Origin: Acidobacteriota bacterium
Lineage (GTDB): Bacteria > Acidobacteriota > Terriglobia > 20CM-2-55-15
Assembly: GCA_003222815.1 (NCBI GenBank)
Contig: QHXC01000418.1
Coordinates: 111 to 64,110 of the forward strand
DNA: 64,000 nucleotides
Direction: 5' to 3'
Both the position numbers and the translations under genes were made by a program. Of the stretch, positions 38,669 through 49,142 are shown piece after piece (within the stretch, counting starts at the first letter, position 1; the number at the start of each line of letters is the position of its first letter). Under the pieces are notes generated by a model that saw nothing but the letters and a program-made list of their open reading frames with translations, had not been told where the DNA came from and did no database searches.

Positions 38669-39694
38669 ATGAACGAGCAGATCGCCCGACTCAGGAAAGA
38701 CTCTGCGCGGATATCGCGGCGTACCTTCTTCAATTCTGCCGGCGTCGCTAGCGCCGGATTGGTTGCCGCCTGTGCACTTCCAAGTTCTGCACAGGCGGAC
38801 AACGACAAAGACGACGACGACAAAGGCAAAGGCAAGAGCAAAGGCAAGGGCAAAGGCAGCGACAAGGACAGAGGCGAAGAGTGTTCCGAGGGTGTCGGTC
38901 CGTCCAGCGTATGCGAAATGCCGGACCCCATTCCCCACGTGTTCACGAATCCCTTTGGTAACTTCCATTTTTTCTTTCCTGCTCCCGTGGAAGGTACAGA
39001 CGCTCCCAACACCGATCCCACTGGCGCCCATGCTAATGGCCGCGATCCGTCGGTCATCTACAACTTCAGAGGACTTGTCGGTCAAGCCGATCTCAATTTG
39101 ACCGGTGCGGGCACAAATCTCAGCAACGGCGCCACCGCTCCGTACGTTTTCCACGCGGACATGCGATTCATGAAAGGCGAGTTCGTTGGCACCGACGGCA
39201 GCACTCGCCGAGGCGCGTTTGCGTTCATATGACTCGACAGTCTGCTGACAGCAGACGCGAGCCCGTTGGGCTTCCACTCGTATGACCCGGGCATCTTCCA
39301 AACAGGAGTGATGTGGGTTGCTCCCATTCCGGAAGACAACGTTCAGGCCGACTTGACGCTGGGCAACGCTTCTCTGCACGCCAGTAATATTTGTGTGCTC
39401 GACGCATTCACAGTCGCCAACAGCCTTGATCAAACCCATCCGTTGGGATTCCCGGTGGCAGCAGAGATACAGTCGCTCGATATCAAGTGGGCAGGAGTCT
39501 CGCGAAGGGTGTCGTTCAGTAATTCGACGGAGAAGTTCGCTGGAGATTTCGTCGAGAATTCCGCAACGATTGAGGTCACAGTGACGACGCTGACGAGTAC
39601 CGGCCATGGGTTCCGATTTGTTTCCAATCCGGCCAATACAACGGTCAGTCACTTTGCCCAGATCGCTCAGGAACGTAACGGCTCGTTCTTCTAG
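38669..39694 (+). CDS. Tat-exported protein with in-frame UGA at codon 188 (candidate selenoprotein/readthrough; otherwise two ORFs, 38669-39232 and 39266-39694)
   Basis: GAAAGGA RBS, SRRTFF Tat motif; both ORFs share one frame, separated only by TGA 39230-39232 and 11 sense codons. Confidence 0.65.
39233..39261 (+). promoter_or_regulatory. SECIS-like hairpin immediately 3' of the in-frame UGA
   Basis: CTCG-ACA-GTCTGCT-GAC-AGCAGAC-G-CGAG; apical loop begins with G. Confidence 0.55.
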
Positions 39695-39786
39695 CGAGCC
39701 GTCCTGGGGAGAAACCCATAAGCAGGCGCCGCACGAGGGCGCTCACAATGCTGGCTGCTCCGGGGCTGAAAGTGTGTAAACGGTGA

Positions 39787-40695
39787 CTAGATCCTTGAGC
39801 CCACGGATTGCAACCCGGCGCTTGGAATTGAAGCGTAGACGACGATCGCCCCGGCGTTTCCGATAACAGAGTAATCGAAATGCTCGGCTGAACCGATGTT
39901 TCCGATCACCACCGGTCCCATGTGAATGCCGATACCGAGTTGGTGTATTCTCCGATCGCCACCCGTTGTCCGATGCGCGCCTTCCATGATGCGAAGGGCG
40001 CAAAGACAGCTTTGTATTGCCATGTCTTCACCATCAAACACACTCATGAGTCCGTCCCCTCCGAATTTGTCAACATAGCCTCGGTGTTCGTAGATCAAGT
40101 GAACTTGCATCCCAAGCTGAGCACTCACGAGTGAAAACAGTTCATCAGGGTCTAATTCTTCAGATAAAGCAGTGAATCCGCGAATGTCCGTGAAAAGAAT
40201 TACGACGTCGCGCTTCTTTGGTGATGGCAGGATTCCAGTCTGAGCTGCCTTCTCGGCAACTTCGCGTGTGCGTTTGGACACGTAGTGGTCGAGCATTCTT
40301 CGCGTGCTGCTCAGTTGCTTGGCGTACTCCGCTCGCTGAACATGACCGTTGAGTCTGGCTCGAAGGACCAAGGGATCGATCGGCTTGTTAATGAGGTCAT
40401 CGCAACCAGCTGCAAAGGCTTCCTCCAGGTTGCTCGTCGTACCCGTCACAAATACTATAGGTACAGCTTCGTATTCCTTGATCCCTCGGATCATCCGGCA
40501 CAGAGTGGTTCCGCTTGTTCCTGGCATATCGAGGTCCAGCAAGAAGGCATCAATTCGGTACCTCGACGCAGTAGCCATCGCGCTCTCCGCGCTATTCGCA
40601 TGCAGCACGTCGTACCCTTCGCGTTCGACCAGTTCGGCGATCAAACGCCTGACGGCTTCCTCGTCGTCAACGATTAGAACTTTTCGTCCTCTCAT
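39787..40695 (-). CDS. Response regulator receiver + class III adenylate/guanylate cyclase, C-terminus apparently truncated
   Basis: LIVDDE, LLDLDMP, FTDIRGFT, DKFGGDGLM, GIGIHMG; the expected N.A.RL motif after DYSVIGN is missing. Confidence 0.82.
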   Translation of the reverse strand: MRGRKVLIVDDEEAVRRLIAELVEREGYDVLHANSAESAMATASRYRIDAFLLDLDMPGTSGTTLCRMIRGIKEYEAVPIVFVTGTTSNLEEAFAAGCDDLINKPIDPLVLRARLNGHVQRAEYAKQLSSTRRMLDHYVSKRTREVAEKAAQTGILPSPKKRDVVILFTDIRGFTALSEELDPDELFSLVSAQLGMQVHLIYEHRGYVDKFGGDGLMSVFDGEDMAIQSCLCALRIMEGAHRTTGGDRRIHQLGIGIHMGPVVIGNIGSAEHFDYSVIGNAGAIVVYASIPSAGLQSVGSRI

Positions 40696-40996
40696 TCGAG
40701 CCGTGTATCTGTGAATTGGATCATCCCACCGGGGAATCCCAGGTGGCCAAGAAACCTATTGATTCTCAAAACCGCGTCGCTGAGCCACTCCATCGATATT
40801 TATCAAACTTGTGCATAGATTGTCCCTAATAGTTTTCGTGTCACCTCTAGGCAGGTTAGCAATGGCACCGACGGCTCTCACCGAATCTGGCCATCCAACG
40901 GCGACAGCGTGGAACAGCGCGACAAGCGTCTGCAGTCAGCTCGTTAGTCGCTAAGGATTTTGTGAGCGGAGTTCTGCCGGTCTTCGAAAAATTCGT

Positions 40997-42106
40997 TCAT
41001 TGGCGTGCGAATGCTAATACGGCGCCATAAACGCCCTGGACAACCAACGCCATTCGAGAGTAGTCCAGCGTGTCCGCGGTGTCCCCTAACTTGTGGTAGT
41101 TGTGGTTGCGGTAAATCGCCGTATCGCTGACCATTACGGCGTTGTAACCCTGCTCCCAATAGTGCATGTGATCCGACCAGTCAATTCCTTCGATGGACTT
41201 GGGGCCGTTTAAGGAATGAACCGGCAGGACCGAAGCGCCGCGCATGGCTCTCTTCACGCGGCGAACGATGCGAGGCTGATCGAGGCTTCCGACCACGACG
41301 GCAAAATTGCCTTGCGATGGATAGAAGAGTTTCAGCGCCGAAAAAGGATAACGCTGGCTCCCATCCTCGTCTTTGAAATAGCCGATCATTTCCAGCGCGA
41401 TCATTGCACGAAGCGGGATTCCCTGTTTTTTGAGCGAACGGGCATGGACGGCGCTTCCCGCGTATGCGGCGCCCGGGCGGCTGCGAAAAAATGGCGGCTC
41501 TTCCAACGTATAGGCAACCAGCTCCACTCGCATGGGCAATGACGTCTTGCCCAAGAGATGTGCAAGTTCGATCAGTCCGGCGACGCCGCTCGCGTTGTCG
41601 TCTGCGCCGGGCAACTCCTGGTAAGCGTCATAGTGGGCGCCAACAACGATGCGTTCCCTCGTATCGGGCCCAAACGACGCGATGACGTTCCGGAAGGTGT
41701 GGATACACTTTTCTGCCATCGCGCGCAAGTCAGCCTCCTTGCCTGGGTCGAACCCCGCGGGAAAGTCCGGCGGAATGGTGTAAGGCTGTTCGGATACCGC
41801 CGCGCCAGCGAGTTCAAATTCATGATGAATGTAGGCTGCGACACGGTCCAGATTGTCGGGATGCGCGCAATTTCGAGGAAAGAATGTCTGGGATAGTATC
41901 CGGACATGGGTTTCGAGGCGAGTCGGCGCCGGAGCCGGTCCCTCCACGATTGGTTTTGAGAAGATGGGCTGCGTCACTGCAAACCACGCGGCTGCGCAGA
42001 GGAAAATCGCTCCAATTGCAAGAAGTGATACGACCATGACGCGCCCCTCCAGCGATCTAAGAGAAAACTTCCGAATGACGTCCGTCTCGTTTGCGCTTCG
42101 AGTCAT
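40997..42106 (-). CDS. M28 family peptidase
   Basis: GAHYD, PGADDNASG, LEEPP, LEMIG, SDH, YH..D. Confidence 0.9.
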   Translation of the reverse strand: MTRSANETDVIRKFSLRSLEGRVMVVSLLAIGAIFLCAAAWFAVTQPIFSKPIVEGPAPAPTRLETHVRILSQTFFPRNCAHPDNLDRVAAYIHHEFELAGAAVSEQPYTIPPDFPAGFDPGKEADLRAMAEKCIHTFRNVIASFGPDTRERIVVGAHYDAYQELPGADDNASGVAGLIELAHLLGKTSLPMRVELVAYTLEEPPFFRSRPGAAYAGSAVHARSLKKQGIPLRAMIALEMIGYFKDEDGSQRYPFSALKLFYPSQGNFAVVVGSLDQPRIVRRVKRAMRGASVLPVHSLNGPKSIEGIDWSDHMHYWEQGYNAVMVSDTAIYRNHNYHKLGDTADTLDYSRMALVVQGVYGAVLAFARQ

Positions 42107-42366
42107 ACTCGCTCCAGTCCAATGCCCGCAAGCGCGAGAACCCGGGCGCCGCGCTCAAAGACTTCCCGAGGCAAGCCCAACGCCTGCTGGAGACGGTAGT
42201 TTCGCTCCAAAAGGTTTGTTTCTGAGAGTAGCGATAGAAGCTTCGCCGGCCGCAGCCGATTCCAGAAGACAAGCGGATTTGAGGGAAACGGTGTGTCGCT
42301 GCCGTAAATTGTCCTTTGGAGAACTTCACCAGTGTCGATCAGACGAGGCAAATTTCTCCAACGAAA
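42103..42366 (-). pseudogene. C-terminal fragment of an amidohydrolase
   Basis: IYGSDTPFP motif; no room for the N-terminal barrel. Confidence 0.6.
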
Positions 42367-42373
42367 AGAGCCT

Positions 42374-43369
42374 TTATGAACTCTCGAATAGCTGCTCCGT
42401 TTTCCATTGGCCGATTACGGCCCGCGTCACTGTGGCAATTTCGTTATCCCGGACGGGCATGCGGACCGCGGAATGACAGGTCATCACCGCGAGCGCTGCG
42501 AAATATCCGTTCTTGAGGTGCAAAATTCCAACATCATTTGCGATCGCGCCGAGACTGCCTGTCTTATGGCCGAAACTCTTGACGAAAACCCGCTGCTCTT
42601 TCAAGCCTTCGGCGATTCTGCGCTTGTTCGTTGCGCAGCGCTGCATATGAGAATAGACCAGCGCATATTTCGAATTCAGCGTTAGTAACTTCAGCAACTG
42701 GGCCATCGCGCGAGGTGTACAAGTCTCTTCTCCGGTACGAATCAGATGTTCTTCACGATCCGGCCGGCACCGAAATGCAGGGGTCATGCGACCGACGTTG
42801 GCGAGGATACGGCCGATCCCCTGAGTGGCTCGCGGATGATGCTCGTCCGTCACGTCACTCGGTTGAAGCGCGTAATAGTACGTGAGCAGTTCGTGCATCG
42901 TCCGCTTGATGGAGATTCCTTCAATCTGTAAGTCGCGAAGAAAGTTCGTGAGTGCGCCAATCCCGCCGAGTCGATGAAGTATCGCATCGGTTGCCGTGTT
43001 GTCACTGTGATGCAACATGAACGCCATAAGCTGATCAACGGTATGGGTGCGAACAATCTCAAAAGGCAAGAAATAGAATCGGTCGAGAGGATTACCAATG
43101 AGGCCAGGGGAGGCAGTTCGCGAGTGTATCCTGATTTTTTCGTCCACTGACAAAGTCCTATTTGCGATTTCGCATGCGATGAGCATTCCTATCGGAACCT
43201 TGACCACACTCGCCATCGGAAATCGGTCATCTTCGTTGAAGCCGATGTGAGCTCGCCTCTCGCCGTTGGGATCGAACAAGAGTGCAGAGACACCTAGCCT
43301 CCCGCTTGGTCCCAATCGTCTTTGGCAACTTTGGAAAACTTCTGGTGGGTCTTGCGCAACAGTGGACAT
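42374..43369 (-). CDS. Class A beta-lactamase-fold serine hydrolase
   Basis: FPMASVVK (SxxK), SDN, TPRAM, KTG, ANDVG; no signal peptide. Confidence 0.85.
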   Translation of the reverse strand: MSTVAQDPPEVFQSCQRRLGPSGRLGVSALLFDPNGERRAHIGFNEDDRFPMASVVKVPIGMLIACEIANRTLSVDEKIRIHSRTASPGLIGNPLDRFYFLPFEIVRTHTVDQLMAFMLHHSDNTATDAILHRLGGIGALTNFLRDLQIEGISIKRTMHELLTYYYALQPSDVTDEHHPRATQGIGRILANVGRMTPAFRCRPDREEHLIRTGEETCTPRAMAQLLKLLTLNSKYALVYSHMQRCATNKRRIAEGLKEQRVFVKSFGHKTGSLGAIANDVGILHLKNGYFAALAVMTCHSAVRMPVRDNEIATVTRAVIGQWKTEQLFESS

Positions 43370-43382
43370 CCTGTGCCTCGAA

Positions 43383-44463
43383 TCACTGAAGGTTTAACAA
43401 TGCTTGGTTCAGCAGTTCCCTGCCTCGTTTCAATACGGACTCTCGCCAGGTTTCATCCTGTGGGCAGAAGGTTTCCTTCAGAATCCGCTTTGCCGGATGG
43501 TCGAGCGTCCCAGCGCCGTAATAGTGCCAACGGTTTTCTTCCCTCAACGCATGCAGCACCTTCGTCGCACTGTAAGTGCCAAACTCCTGCGTGAGGGCGA
43601 AAACCTTTGCCTTCGGCATGGCGCGGGCGAACATAGTGTTCAGAGCGCCTCGAACAGGATAGAATATCCTCTCGATAGTTTCCGATGCCGGTGTGCACAT
43701 CAATGGCAACGAGCCGCTCGACTGAGGTGAGCCGCTGGGCAAGGAAGGCCTGATATTTCTCACTCACTTCTTCCAAGCGTTTTCCTCCAAAAAACAGTCC
43801 TTTCGGGTATTCGTATTGGCCACCAACGACCGCCACTTTAAGGGCGGGCATGCCATGCCTGAGAACCAGCCAGCCGGCCCTGAGCGTATAGAGATCCATA
43901 GTTGGCGGGCTCTGGGGATTAAGAAACGAATCCAAGTTGGCATAAGTATCCGGTGCGCCGGCATATGGTTCATCGCCTAAGAAATTTCGGTTCAAGTCCA
44001 CATTGTTCTCATTGAACCGGCGGAGCCACGCCATCCCGTAGGGATTAAGCACATGGGCTACGATCAAAGCAGCATCTTTGGGAAGCGTTGGGAGATCGTT
44101 CAGGAGTTGAAGCTGAATGGCCGATCCCGCAAAACCCTCTACTCCGTGAAGACCAGAAGAGTGCAGAAGTACCGAGCGCGGATTTGCGGCGCCGAACCAG
44201 GCGATATCAATGCCGAGGCCTTCGCCGCTTGGTCCGTGGGCTTCCAATGGAATAGTTTCCAGTCGGCCGCCGGCAGTCGTTACTATCTCGCGAAAACGCT
44301 GTCTCGCTGTGAAGTAGTCAGGAGAAAAAACTTTTTCAGGCAGCTTCATATGGACCTCCACAGGCTTCTGGTAAATGTAGCGATGCATAATAAGCCAGAT
44401 AGATGATGCAGACACTAGTGTGAAAACCATGCCCGCAGCGAATTTTTCAATGGTTTTGGTCAT
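43383..44463 (-). pseudogene. M14-type metallopeptidase (DUF2817-like), frameshifted/deleted near 43640
   Basis: SGLHGVEGFAGS, NPYG..RRFNENNVDLNRNF, DVHTG; C-terminus (TQEFGT, LREEN, FCP) in another frame. Confidence 0.75.
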
Positions 44464-45005
44464 GGGTTTTCTCCTAAGTTCGTGAAACTGAAGAGGAGGC
44501 CGAGGGCCCTCAACGTCCAGGAACGAGAAATGCTTTGAAGCAACTTGAAAACGGTTTCCTTGTGCTCGATCTCCTCGGCGAAGTGCCAGAGGAAGAGGCG
44601 GCGTAGCTCTCCGGTTCGAACGCCTTTCAGCAACTCTTGATCGAGAAAGAAGCTCGCGATCACCGCATTGTGATGTTCGATGGCCGCCGCCGTCGCCAAG
44701 TGAAGCTTTGGCGGAGTCAGGGGTTCGAGCAGATGGTAGGACCACCATTCGACAAACTTACGAAAGCTATCCAGGCTCAGACCATCGGCACGCATAGCCT
44801 TGAGGAGACGGCCGTGTTCGCGCGAATGCGACCCTTCCTGAAAGAAGAGTCTCTCCAGTTCTTCCCCCAGTTCAGGCGCGATCCTACTCAGATAGCGGCG
44901 GCAGCTCCTAATGATGAAGCGTTCGCCGCTGGGAATGAGAAGGGTGTACGCGTTGAGCAGTTGTGTGGTCAGCGGCTTTCCATCATACCAGACGCCGGAA
45001 GTGGA
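44460..45005 (-). pseudogene. Metal-dependent hydrolase (ferritin-like) fragment
   Basis: P.GERFII, QEGSHSREH, AAIEH, WHFAEEIEHK. Confidence 0.7.
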
Positions 45006-45009
45006 AAAT

Positions 45010-45225
45010 CCGCATCGACGATATTCCTCACCGAAACAGCGTTGCAGATAGCGTCCCTCGCGTACCGCCATATTCCAGTTGAACGAAACCGCATAGAGCA
45101 ATGCCGCCGCGAACACACCTAACCCGTAGGGATAGCTCCGCGGCAATAACATGGGCGCTTGGTGAACCACAAACAGCGAAGCGCCAAGCTCGCATTGAAG
45201 AACGCCAAAATAAAGCGGATTGCCG
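45010..45225 (-). pseudogene. Fragment of an isoprenylcysteine/phospholipid methyltransferase-family membrane protein
   Basis: NPLYFG ... REGRYLQRCFGEEYRR. Confidence 0.55.
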
Positions 45226-46122
45226 TTCGATGATCTAGACCATCCGATAGGGGACCTGGACGACCTGATCGATGATACGATCCGCACGGCTCTTGAGCGT
45301 GGCTACACGCTTCAAGAACTTTGCAAACGCGTGCGGGAACGACTGCTGATCGTGCCACCGGACCACGTGCTCATCATCGAAGATGAGCCGGGAATGCGGC
45401 GACTCTTGCGCCAAGAGTTGTCGGACATGCTGCCACTGCTCACAATTGAGGCGACCTCTCCCGATAAACTTATCGGGAATCAGGGTCCAGTTATCGGCGC
45501 ACTGGTTGTGACTTTGCCGGGACGTGTGTGGAACCTCGTGGCCGGAAATCCTTCATGGATCCTGGCCAGTTGCGTGTCGAAGGTTTGGTGGGCATTTGGT
45601 GAGCAATACGACCCGAAAAGGGCAAAAACAGGCGAACACGGTGGCCCTAAACAAGCTCTTCCGAAATGGACGATGGCGATCTGGCATGCTAGCCCGGATG
45701 TCTCCAATGCACATCCGCTCAAGGAAAGTGACGTTACCATCTGTAAGCAACTCTCGGAACAGGCCTAACGCACGTTTTTTTTGAGTGTAGAATGTCGGGA
45801 TGGACGCTCCAGGAGCAGCCTTGGCGAAATCCTCGGCGTTCACCACAAACCAAACTCCGGCAAGAACGATGACCAGCGTTTGCGGCCGCCGCGTGCGATA
45901 TTCTCAGGTTCCTCATTTGTTCGCTCCTCTCCGTAACGTTCCAGGATTTTCTGCGCCACAAACTTGTTAGGAGGAGGCAAATTAGATCATTGACCGCCGA
46001 GGAAAGCAATTCGCGGGCTTATGATTTGTAACAACTCGCTTATTTGACCTGCTTGCCTTACCTCCGCGGCTGGTAATACGATACGCCTCGCTGCAGATAG
46101 CCCTGAAAAAACTGGAGGTGTT

Positions 46123-47409
46123 ATGCGTAAGCTTTCGATGTTGCTGTTCGTCATGCTGGCGATCACGATTGTTCTAGTTTTGGGTAATGCGTACCGGGCG
46201 GTCCAGGCGCAGGCGAAGACCGGCGCCGGCTTCGCCGCGATTTCGGGAACAAAGGGAGGCCAGGACATCTTTGGACCTTATGACGTCGTGAAGGGATGGC
46301 CGAAAGACATCAGCACGGTGCCGGGAAACGAAAAGTGGACATGGGGCGCGGGACAGAGCGTTTACGCCGAGAGCCCAAACCGCGTCTTTATGCTTTTCCG
46401 CGGAGAGTTGCCCAATATTCGGCGGCCTCAGACCAGGCCGCTGCCGGAGTTCGGTCCGAGCATCCAATTCCCGATAGGCCGCTTGCCGTGGCGCGATGCG
46501 ACGGTCGCCGCGCTGCCGGGAGGGGGCGGAGCCGGAGCGGATCCTGGAGATCCCACCAATGGGTGGTCAGGCACAGTCGGCGTTGACGCGAAGTGGGAAA
46601 ACTGCATTGTCGTCGCGGATGCCAACGGCAACATCATCGAACGGTGGACTCAGTGGGACAAAATTTTGCAGCGACCGCACTTCGTTGCCATCAATCCCTA
46701 TGATCCGGAAAAGCATGTGTGGGTCCTGGATGATCACATGCACGCCATTTACAAGTTCACGCACGATGGAAAGGAACTCATTCAGACCATCGGCACGCCC
46801 AAGATGAAAGGCGCCGATGGTACCCACTTCAACCGTCCGACCTTTCTGGCATGGCTCCCGGACAGCACGATGTTTGTCTCCGATGGGTACAACGGAACGC
46901 GCGTCGCGAAGTTCGATAAGAATGGCAAATTCCTCCTCGACTGGGGACAGAAGGGCACGCCGCCGAACGAGAAGCGCCCTGGATATTTCAATAATGTTCA
47001 TGGCATCGCGGTCGATCCTCAGACCCGGCGAGTCTTTGTGAATGACAGGGCCAACCACCGCATTCAGGTCTTCGATGAAAACGGCAAATACCTGTATGAG
47101 TGGAGCCCTGGCCAGGAGCCGTCCGACATTCACCTGATTTACATCGGCGTGGACCGGACGCTGTGGGCTTTTGACCGCGGGACGTCCAAGATGCTGAAGT
47201 ACGATCTGGACGGGCACTTCCTCTACTCCTGGGGCGTATGGGGGGATTTTGCCGGCGGCTTCTGGGGTGTACACGGTTTCAGCGTGGACCAGGAGGGCAA
47301 CTTCTACGTGGCCGAAGTGGACAGCGGACGGGTGCAAAAGTTCCGTCCCCGTCAGGGCGTCAATCAGGCTTTCCTGGTGAGCAAGCCGGTCTACTCTGCG
47401 TGGAAATAA
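46123..47409 (+). CDS. Secreted NHL-repeat protein, peptidyl-alpha-hydroxyglycine amidating lyase-like
   Basis: RPH, HFNRPT, SDGYNGTRVAKFD, VHGIAVD, DRANHRIQVFD. Confidence 0.82.
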   Translation: MRKLSMLLFVMLAITIVLVLGNAYRAVQAQAKTGAGFAAISGTKGGQDIFGPYDVVKGWPKDISTVPGNEKWTWGAGQSVYAESPNRVFMLFRGELPNIRRPQTRPLPEFGPSIQFPIGRLPWRDATVAALPGGGGAGADPGDPTNGWSGTVGVDAKWENCIVVADANGNIIERWTQWDKILQRPHFVAINPYDPEKHVWVLDDHMHAIYKFTHDGKELIQTIGTPKMKGADGTHFNRPTFLAWLPDSTMFVSDGYNGTRVAKFDKNGKFLLDWGQKGTPPNEKRPGYFNNVHGIAVDPQTRRVFVNDRANHRIQVFDENGKYLYEWSPGQEPSDIHLIYIGVDRTLWAFDRGTSKMLKYDLDGHFLYSWGVWGDFAGGFWGVHGFSVDQEGNFYVAEVDSGRVQKFRPRQGVNQAFLVSKPVYSAWK

Positions 47410-47432
47410 AGCTCGGAACAGGAGGCAGTTTT

Positions 47433-48593
47433 ATGAAGCTCGTGTCGAGGCGAACGATCCTTGGCGCCACGGGAGCGGCGGCTATTTGCCTGCTGGCTGC
47501 CCGGTTGGCAGGCGGGCAGGCTGGGTTAGCTCAGAAACCGCAGTTGGCGGAAGAGGTCTTCAAAAACGTGCAAGTGCTCAAGGGCATTCCCGTGGACGAA
47601 TTCATGAGCACGATGGGCGTCTTCTCCGCCGCCCTGGGCATGTCCTGCGAGGATTGCCATGCCGCGAACGACAGCAAGTGGGAAAACTACGCGCTCGACA
47701 CGAGTACGAGAAAGCGGACGGCTCGCAGGATGATTCTGATGATGTCCGCGATCAATAAAGACAATTTCGGCGGACGGCAAATGGTGACCTGCTACTCCTG
47801 TCATCGCGGAGGCGATCACCCCAAAGTCACACCGAATTTTAGCACCCTCTACAACATGCCCGAAGAGCCGGATGACGTTATCGAGCAGGCTCCCGGCGCG
47901 CCTTCGCCCGATCAAGTTCTCGACAGGTATATCCAGGCGCTCGGCGGGACGCAGCGGTTAGCCAACCTCACCAGCTTTGTGGCCAGGGGAACTAGCGCGG
48001 GATATGGGCCAGAAGGAGACAAGCGCCCCGTGGAAATCTTTGCCAAAGCTCCAGGTCAGCGCACCACGATTATCCATACCCTGAACGGAGACAGCACCAC
48101 GACCTCCGACGGCCGCGACGGTTGGATCGCTGCACCGCTCAGACCGGTGCCGGTGCTCGCCCTAACCGGAAGTAGTCTGGAGGGCGTCAAGCTGGAGGCG
48201 GAACTGTCTTTCCCGGCGCAGATCAAGCAAGCGCTTAGCAAATGGCGAGTCGGCTTACCAGCGACGGTTAACGATCGCGAGGTCCAGGTCGTCCAGGGAA
48301 CCGGCGCCGGAGGGGCGATCGCAACGCTATACTTCGACGCGGAGTCCGGCTTGCTTGTCCGGCTGCTGCGATATTCAAGCTCGGTGGTCGGCCGCACGCC
48401 CACGCAGATTGACTACGCGGATTATCGCGAGGTCTCCGGAGTCAAGATGCCATTTCGCTGGACCGTGACGTGGCTGGATGGGAAAGAAAATTTTGAACTC
48501 AGCGAAGTGCAGCCGAACGCACCAATTGACGTGGCGAAGTTCGCCAGACCGTCCCCGCCAACGCCGCCGCCAGTCCGACCCGCAACGCGGTAG
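47433..48593 (+). CDS. Diheme c-type cytochrome (reaction-centre cytochrome c family domain) with C-terminal beta-rich domain
   Basis: FKNVQVLKG, CEDCH, ARRMI, VTCYSCHRG. Confidence 0.85.
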   Translation: MKLVSRRTILGATGAAAICLLAARLAGGQAGLAQKPQLAEEVFKNVQVLKGIPVDEFMSTMGVFSAALGMSCEDCHAANDSKWENYALDTSTRKRTARRMILMMSAINKDNFGGRQMVTCYSCHRGGDHPKVTPNFSTLYNMPEEPDDVIEQAPGAPSPDQVLDRYIQALGGTQRLANLTSFVARGTSAGYGPEGDKRPVEIFAKAPGQRTTIIHTLNGDSTTTSDGRDGWIAAPLRPVPVLALTGSSLEGVKLEAELSFPAQIKQALSKWRVGLPATVNDREVQVVQGTGAGGAIATLYFDAESGLLVRLLRYSSSVVGRTPTQIDYADYREVSGVKMPFRWTVTWLDGKENFELSEVQPNAPIDVAKFARPSPPTPPPVRPATR

Positions 48594-48770
48594 CCCTTGG
48601 GTGGGTTGACGCAGTGCTCATTCTCCCACCAGGAGAAGAACGGCCGAAGGGCCGGATAGGGCAACAGTGTACGAGCTAGTCCGTATTTCTGACGGTCCCC
48701 ATGTAATCGCCGGCTAGCCCGCGTTCCAGCGCCGAAGCTTTCTTCAAAGAGCTTCATCATACGCTTCCTT

Positions 48771-49142
48771 CTAACCAGGAACTGTCGCCGTACTTTTTCG
48801 CTTCCCGGCGACCCGTGTCCCTGCCGCGCCTCCGAGTATTTTTAGACCATGAGCAACGATGTACAGTAAAGGCTCAGGTTGGGCCAAAGTCAGACCGACG
48901 TACAACAGCGTGGCAACAACTCCAACCAGAATTCCGTGCAAGACAAAGCGGGACTCAATTCCTCGCCCTACCCACACAGCGAACAAGAAAGTCATCACAA
49001 AAGCGGCCGGGGGAACGGTGTAGCGGGCAGGCCCTTCGCCAAAAAGCAAAACGGCAGGAATGAAGACCGCGAAGATACCCACTTCTGCCAGAAACCCGCC
49101 AATCCAAACTCGCCCCCAATGAATTCTCGTAGAAGTATTCAT
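48771..49142 (-). CDS. Small four-helix membrane protein
   Basis: Four hydrophobic segments; LHGILVG. Confidence 0.65.
   Translation of the reverse strand: MNTSTRIHWGRVWIGGFLAEVGIFAVFIPAVLLFGEGPARYTVPPAAFVMTFLFAVWVGRGIESRFVLHGILVGVVATLLYVGLTLAQPEPLLYIVAHGLKILGGAAGTRVAGKRKSTATVPG

Noticed and set aside
38666..39652. 328-aa minus-strand ORF
   Set aside because: Exact antisense frame of the Tat protein with no recognisable motifs; a codon-bias shadow like the many other long antisense ORFs in the track.
45220..45768. Intact 182-aa gene
   Set aside because: Appears chimeric: a regulator-like fragment (VLIIEDEPG) joined to unrelated sequence near 45545.
47433..48593. Evidence for phototrophy from the reaction-centre cytochrome-like domain
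   Set aside because: Only two hemes, no puf/psc/bch genes nearby; this domain occurs in non-phototrophs.
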